This document shows positions 59,204 through 64,000 of a DNA stretch of 64,000 bases, piece by piece. Within the stretch, counting starts at the first letter, position 1, and each line of letters starts with the position of its first letter. Under the pieces are notes generated by a model that did not search any database, was not told the origin of the DNA, and saw nothing but the letters and a program-made list of their open reading frames with translations. Made by a program: the position numbers and the translations under genes. This DNA comes from an uncultured Gemmatimonadales bacterium (GTDB lineage Bacteria > Gemmatimonadota > Gemmatimonadetes > Longimicrobiales > RSA9): contig CAWFKH010000003.1 of the NCBI GenBank assembly GCA_963816355.1, forward strand, positions 960,001 through 1,024,000, given 5' to 3'.

Positions 59204-59664
59204 GACCACGTTCCGCGTCGATCCCGCGCGCATCCCGCCGGCCGGTGCGCGCGCCCGCTGCTCGCGCTGCAACGCCGCGTTCCACCTGACGCGCGAGGGC
59301 GCGGCCCGCGTGGCGCCCGCCTCCGCTCCACCGCGTGCCGCGGCGCCGCCGGCGCGCGCGGGGGCGCCGCCGAGCGGCGACGGATCGGGCCGCTCCGGCC
59401 CCCGCTCCTCCCCGTTCGACGCCGACCCGGACACGCGCGCACGGCGCCTCGCGCGCGCGCTCGTATCCGACATCGTCGTCTACCACGGCGAGCGCCGCCA
59501 GCGCAGCCTGAGCGCCGGCTCGTTGCGCACCGATTTCCGCGAGGAGATCCTCAAGAGCTGGGAAGAGTACGTGGCCCAGGTCGGAACGGACACGGCGAAA
59601 GCGCACGCCCCACTTCCGCAACGCCCTGAACGACATCCTTGCGGGCGGGAGGACGCTCTTTTGA
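59178..59664 (+). CDS. MJ0042-type zinc-ribbon protein; apparent frameshift ~59598
   Basis: CPSCETTF..RCSRC; the corrected frame ends HFRNALNDILAGGRTLF*. Confidence 0.75.
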
Positions 59665-59796
59665 GGCGCAGCGGTAGAGGTGCGCCAGGTTGTCCAACTG
59701 CTTTTGCCGCGCTACCTTTCGTGATTGGTGATTCACGCCGGGGGCCGTCCGCGAGGGCGGCCCCTCGCATTAGCGACGACGCGAGACGGGGGAGCG

Positions 59797-60904
59797 ATGC
59801 TCACGGAGACCCGGGACCGCCTTGCCGAACAGATCCAGCGCGTCGATGCGCTGGGAGGCTACCTTTGACGTCGACACCAAGCGGCGTAGGCTGAAGGAGC
59901 TGGAGACGCGCATGGCCGACGCCGACTTCTGGGACGGCGGCGCGGCTACGCGCGAGGTGATCGAGGAGGTGAAGGAGCTGAAAGGCTGGGTGGAGCCGTA
60001 CGACCGCATGGAGGAGGGCGCCCGCCAGCTCGCGGAGCTCGGCGACCTGCTCGAGATGGAGCGGGACGAGGCGATGGAGGCGGAGTGGGAGCGCGAGGTG
60101 GCGGCGCTCGGGGCGTCGATCGAGGCGCTGGAGCTGCGCAACATGCTGCGCGGACCCGACGATCGGCGTGACGCGCTGCTCACGATCCATCCCGGCGCGG
60201 GCGGCACGGAGTCCCAGGACTGGGCGCAGATGCTCATGCGGATGTATACGCGCTGGGCGGAGCGCCACGGCTTCGAGGTCGACGTGCTCGACCTGCTCGC
60301 GGGGGAAGAGGCGGGGATCAAGAGCGCCAGCCTGGAGATCCGCGGCCCGTTCGCCTACGGCTACCTGAAGGCGGAGAAGGGGGTGCACCGTCTCGTGCGC
60401 ATCTCCCCGTTCGACGCCCAGAGCCGCCGTCACACGTCGTTCGCGAGCGTCTTCGTCTATCCGATGGTGGATGACGAGATCGAGATCGACATCGACGAGA
60501 ACGACCTCCGCATCGACACCTACCGCGCGTCCGGCGCGGGTGGCCAGCACGTCAACAAGACGAGCTCGGCCGTGCGCATCACGCACGAGCCGACCGGCAT
60601 CGTCGTCGCCTGTCAGAACGAGCGCAGCCAGTTCAAGAACAAGGGGACGGCGATGAAGATGCTGCGCGCCGCGCTCTACCAGCGCGAGCTGGAGCTGCGC
60701 GCCGCGGAGCGCGAGAAGCTGGACGCCCAGAAGACGGACATCTCCTGGGGGAACCAGATCCGCTCGTACGTGTTCCAGCCGTACACCATGGTGACGGACC
60801 ACCGCTCGGAGCTGAAGGTGGGCGACGTGCAGCGCGTGATGGATGGCGACCTCGACCCCTTCATCGAGGCGTACCTCAAGGAGTACGGTGCACGGGTCGT
60901 CTGA
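59797..60904 (+). CDS. prfB: Peptide chain release factor 2 with programmed +1 frameshift
   Basis: GGGAGG-x-CTT TGA C at 59853-59869; SPF and GGQ motifs. Confidence 0.97.
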
Positions 60905-62435
60905 GCCCTCGGCCCCGGCGGAGCGCCCGGGACACGTCCTCGAGAGCCGTCGCGACAAGCTCGCCGAGCTGCGCCGCCGCGGCATCGAGCCCTACGCCTA
61001 CCGGTTCGAGGTGGACGCCAGCACGGCGGGGGCGCGCGCGCGCTTCGAGGCGGCGGAAGGCGCGGGCGAGCTGCCGCCGGACGGCTTCGGCCCGGCCGTC
61101 CGGGTGGCGGGGCGCCTCGCGGCGAGCCGTTCGCACGGCCGCTCGACGTTCCTGGACCTCGCCGACCGGGAGGGCCGCATCCAGCTCCACGTGCGCGTCA
61201 ACGACGTCGGCGAGGCGGTCTACTCGCTGCTCGACCTTCTCGACCTCGGCGACTGGATCGGCGTCGCCGGACCGCTCTTCCGCACCCGCATGGGCGAGGT
61301 CACGGTTCGCGTCCAGACGCTCGAGCTGCTCGCGAAGTCGGTGCGCCCGCTGCCGATCGGCAAAGAGCAACTCGACGAGGGCGGCGAGCGCCACGTCCAC
61401 GGCGGCTTCGCCGACCTCGAGCAGCGCTACCGCCAGCGCTACGCCGACCTCGCCGTGAACGCGGACGTCCGCGAGGTGTTCCGCGCCCGCGCCCGCACCA
61501 TCACCGCGATCCGCTCCTTCCTCGACGCGCGCGGCTTCATCGAGGTGGAGACGCCGGTGCTGCAGCCGCTCTACGGCGGCGCGTCGGCGCGCCCCTTCAC
61601 GACGCACCACCACGCGCTCGACCGCGAGCTGTTCCTGCGCATCGCCGACGAGCTCTACCTGAAGCGGCTCATCGTCGGCGGCATGGATCGTGTCTACGAG
61701 ATCTCGAAGGACTTCCGCAACGAGGGGATCGACCGCACGCACTTCCCCGAGTTCACCATGCTGGAGTTCTACCAGGCCTACGCCGATTACGGCGACATGA
61801 TGGAGCTGGTGGAGGAGATGCTCGAAACGGTGGTGCGCGAGGTGACGGGCGGCGACCGCGTCGTCGTCGACGGCGAGGCGGTTTCCTTCTCCCGCCCCTT
61901 CCGGAGCGTCGCCTATCTGGACGCGCTCGCGGCGGAGGGCGTGGACGTGCGCACGCTGGACGACGACGCCCTGCGCGCCGCGGCGCGCGCGCGCGGCGTC
62001 GAGGGCGTCGCCGATGCCAGTCGTCCGAAGCTGGTGGACGAGCTCTTCAAGGAGCTCGTCGAGCCGGGGCTGGTGCAGCCCACCTTCATCCTCGACCATC
62101 CGCGCGAGCTGTCGCCGCTGGCGAAGCCGAAGCGCGGGGATCCCGCCCTCACGGAGCGCTTCGAGCTGCTGGTGGCGAGGCGCGAGATCGCCAACGCGTT
62201 CAGCGAGCTGAACGACCCGTTCGACCAGCGGGAGCGCTTCGAGGCGCAGCTCCGGCTGCGCGAAGCGGGCGACGAGGAGGCGCAGACGCTGGACGAGGAT
62301 TACCTGCGGGCGCTCGAGTACGGCATGCCGCCTACGGGCGGGGTCGGGATCGGCGTCGACCGCCTCGTGATGCTGTTGACGGGACAGCCATCGATCCGGG
62401 ACGTGATCCTGTTCCCGGCGATGCGGTCGGAGTGA
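60888..62435 (+). CDS. lysS: Lysine--tRNA ligase (class II)
   Basis: RYRQRYADL, FRNEGID, YGMPPTGGVGIGVDRL. Confidence 0.96.
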   Translation: MHGSSEPSAPAERPGHVLESRRDKLAELRRRGIEPYAYRFEVDASTAGARARFEAAEGAGELPPDGFGPAVRVAGRLAASRSHGRSTFLDLADREGRIQLHVRVNDVGEAVYSLLDLLDLGDWIGVAGPLFRTRMGEVTVRVQTLELLAKSVRPLPIGKEQLDEGGERHVHGGFADLEQRYRQRYADLAVNADVREVFRARARTITAIRSFLDARGFIEVETPVLQPLYGGASARPFTTHHHALDRELFLRIADELYLKRLIVGGMDRVYEISKDFRNEGIDRTHFPEFTMLEFYQAYADYGDMMELVEEMLETVVREVTGGDRVVVDGEAVSFSRPFRSVAYLDALAAEGVDVRTLDDDALRAAARARGVEGVADASRPKLVDELFKELVEPGLVQPTFILDHPRELSPLAKPKRGDPALTERFELLVARREIANAFSELNDPFDQRERFEAQLRLREAGDEEAQTLDEDYLRALEYGMPPTGGVGIGVDRLVMLLTGQPSIRDVILFPAMRSE

Positions 62436-62440
62436 CGACG

Positions 62441-63685
62441 ATGCGACGGCTCGAGTGGTACATCGCGCGCCGCTACCTCTCCTCGCGCCGGCAGGGTCGC
62501 TTCCTCTCGCTCATTACGCTCATCGCGGTGGGCGGCATCTTCCTCGGCGTCATGGCGCTGATCACGGTGATCGCCGTGATGAGCGGCCTGCAGGAGGACC
62601 TGCAGGCGAAGATCCTCGGCTCGAATCCCCACGTCTTCATCTTCGAGCAGGGCGCCTCGTTCCGCATGGATGACTGGCGCGCCGTCGCCGACAGCGTGCG
62701 GCGCGACCCGGCGGTGGTCGCCGCCGAGCCGTTCGTGATGTCGCAGGTCGGCATCACGGCCAACGGCGAGTACGCGCAGTTCGGCACGCTGTACGGCGTC
62801 GACCCCAGCTTCTCGAAGCGGCCGATGACGGAGGTCGAGAAGCAGATCGACTCGGGCCAGCTCGCCTTCGGCCCCACCAAGTCCGGCCTGCCCGGCATCC
62901 TGGTGGGCAGTCGTCTGGCCGGCCGCGTCGGCGTGCTGCCCGGCGACGTCGTCACCATCGGCACGATGGAGAACCTGAAGCGCGGCCCGCTCGGCGACAT
63001 CGTGCCGACGCTGCGCCAGTTCGAGGTCACCGGCACGTTCACGACCGGCATGTACGAGTACGACAACCAGAACATGTACGTGCGGCTGGAGGCGGCGCAG
63101 AAGTTCCTCGACATGGGCGACAAGGTGAGCGGGCTGGCCGTGAACGTGCGCGATCCGTGGCACGCGGAGCGCACCGCCCGCGCCATCGAGCGCCGTCTCG
63201 ACCCCCGCTACTTCGCCCAGGACTGGATGTCCCTGAACGCGTCCCTCTTCTCGGCGCTCAAGCTCGAGAAGATGGCGATGGCGGTCATCCTCTTCCTGAT
63301 CGTGGTCGTCGCCGCCTTCAACATCATCAGCACGCTCATCATGGTGGTCACCGACAAGACGCGCGAGATCGGCATCCTCAAGGCCATGGGGATGACCGAC
63401 CGCAGCGTGCTGCGCATCTTCGTGCTGCAGGGCCTGACGATCGGCCTCATCGGCACCGTGCTCGGCGCCGTGGGCGGCGTCGCCCTCGTCGGCCTGCTCC
63501 ACCGCTATCACTTCATCTCGCTGCCGGGCGACGTCTACTTCATCGACACGCTCCCGGTCGCGCTCGAGCCGCGCGATCTCGCCGTGATCCTCCTCGCCAG
63601 CGTCGTCATCGCCTTCGCCGCCACGATCTATCCCGCGCGCCAGGCGTCGCGCCTGCTCCCCGTCGAGGCGATCCGCCATGAGTGA
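62441..63685 (+). CDS. lolE: Lipoprotein-releasing ABC permease (LolC/E family)
   Basis: [30 protein letters not shown]. Confidence 0.9.
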   Translation: MRRLEWYIARRYLSSRRQGRFLSLITLIAVGGIFLGVMALITVIAVMSGLQEDLQAKILGSNPHVFIFEQGASFRMDDWRAVADSVRRDPAVVAAEPFVMSQVGITANGEYAQFGTLYGVDPSFSKRPMTEVEKQIDSGQLAFGPTKSGLPGILVGSRLAGRVGVLPGDVVTIGTMENLKRGPLGDIVPTLRQFEVTGTFTTGMYEYDNQNMYVRLEAAQKFLDMGDKVSGLAVNVRDPWHAERTARAIERRLDPRYFAQDWMSLNASLFSALKLEKMAMAVILFLIVVVAAFNIISTLIMVVTDKTREIGILKAMGMTDRSVLRIFVLQGLTIGLIGTVLGAVGGVALVGLLHRYHFISLPGDVYFIDTLPVALEPRDLAVILLASVVIAFAATIYPARQASRLLPVEAIRHE

Positions 63686-64000
63686 GCGCGACGGCGTCCC
63701 TTCCGCGGCCGGCGCCCCCGGCGGGCCCACCCGCGGGGTGGAGACGGCGCCGAGCGCGGCCTCCACGGGCGCTCCGCCCCCGCTCGAAACGCGCGGCCTG
63801 CGCAAGGTCTTCATCGGCGGCGACGGCGGCGAACTGGTCGTGCTCGCCGGGGTAGACCTCGAAGTGGGGGCGGGCGAGGCGGTCGCGATCGTCGGCGCGA
63901 GCGGGGCGGGGAAGTCGACGCTGCTCCACCTGCTCGGCGGTCTCGACCGGCCGACGAGCGGCGAGGTGCGCGTCGCGGGACGCCCGCTGGCGGGCCTGGG
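63678..64000 (+). CDS. lolD: Lipoprotein-releasing ABC ATPase LolD (partial)
   Basis: [23 protein letters not shown] directly after lolE. Confidence 0.88.
   Translation, partial: MSERDGVPSAAGAPGGPTRGVETAPSAASTGAPPPLETRGLRKVFIGGDGGELVVLAGVDLEVGAGEAVAIVGASGAGKSTLLHLLGGLDRPTSGEVRVAGRPLAGL

Overview
High-GC bacterial chromosome window, probably Gemmatimonadota (inferred from the 16S sequence and gene style, not from a database search). The first ~31 kb is accessory. It holds secreted peptidases (S9-like, S10, M1, M50), an Ig-domain lipoprotein, an unexplained two-domain Cys-containing protein, an SDR and an Ala/Gly symporter. It also holds an unusual locus: AraC-like regulator, paralogous secreted 6-bladed beta-propellers with a triplicated 3' end, a small secreted six-Cys peptide gene abutted by an IS1380 element, and a four-gene MFP/TolC/double-RND exporter. 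The rest is core: mlaDFE, split rfaE1/rfaE2, tRNA-Sec, murI, lpxH, lptE, hemC, rph, rdgB, a higBA islet, four tRNAs, a full 16S-23S-5S operon, era, rnr, prfB with its programmed frameshift, lysS and lolE/lolD. About ten single-base frameshifts are scattered through otherwise intact genes. They look like long-read indel errors, so all frameshift-dependent calls need read-level confirmation.
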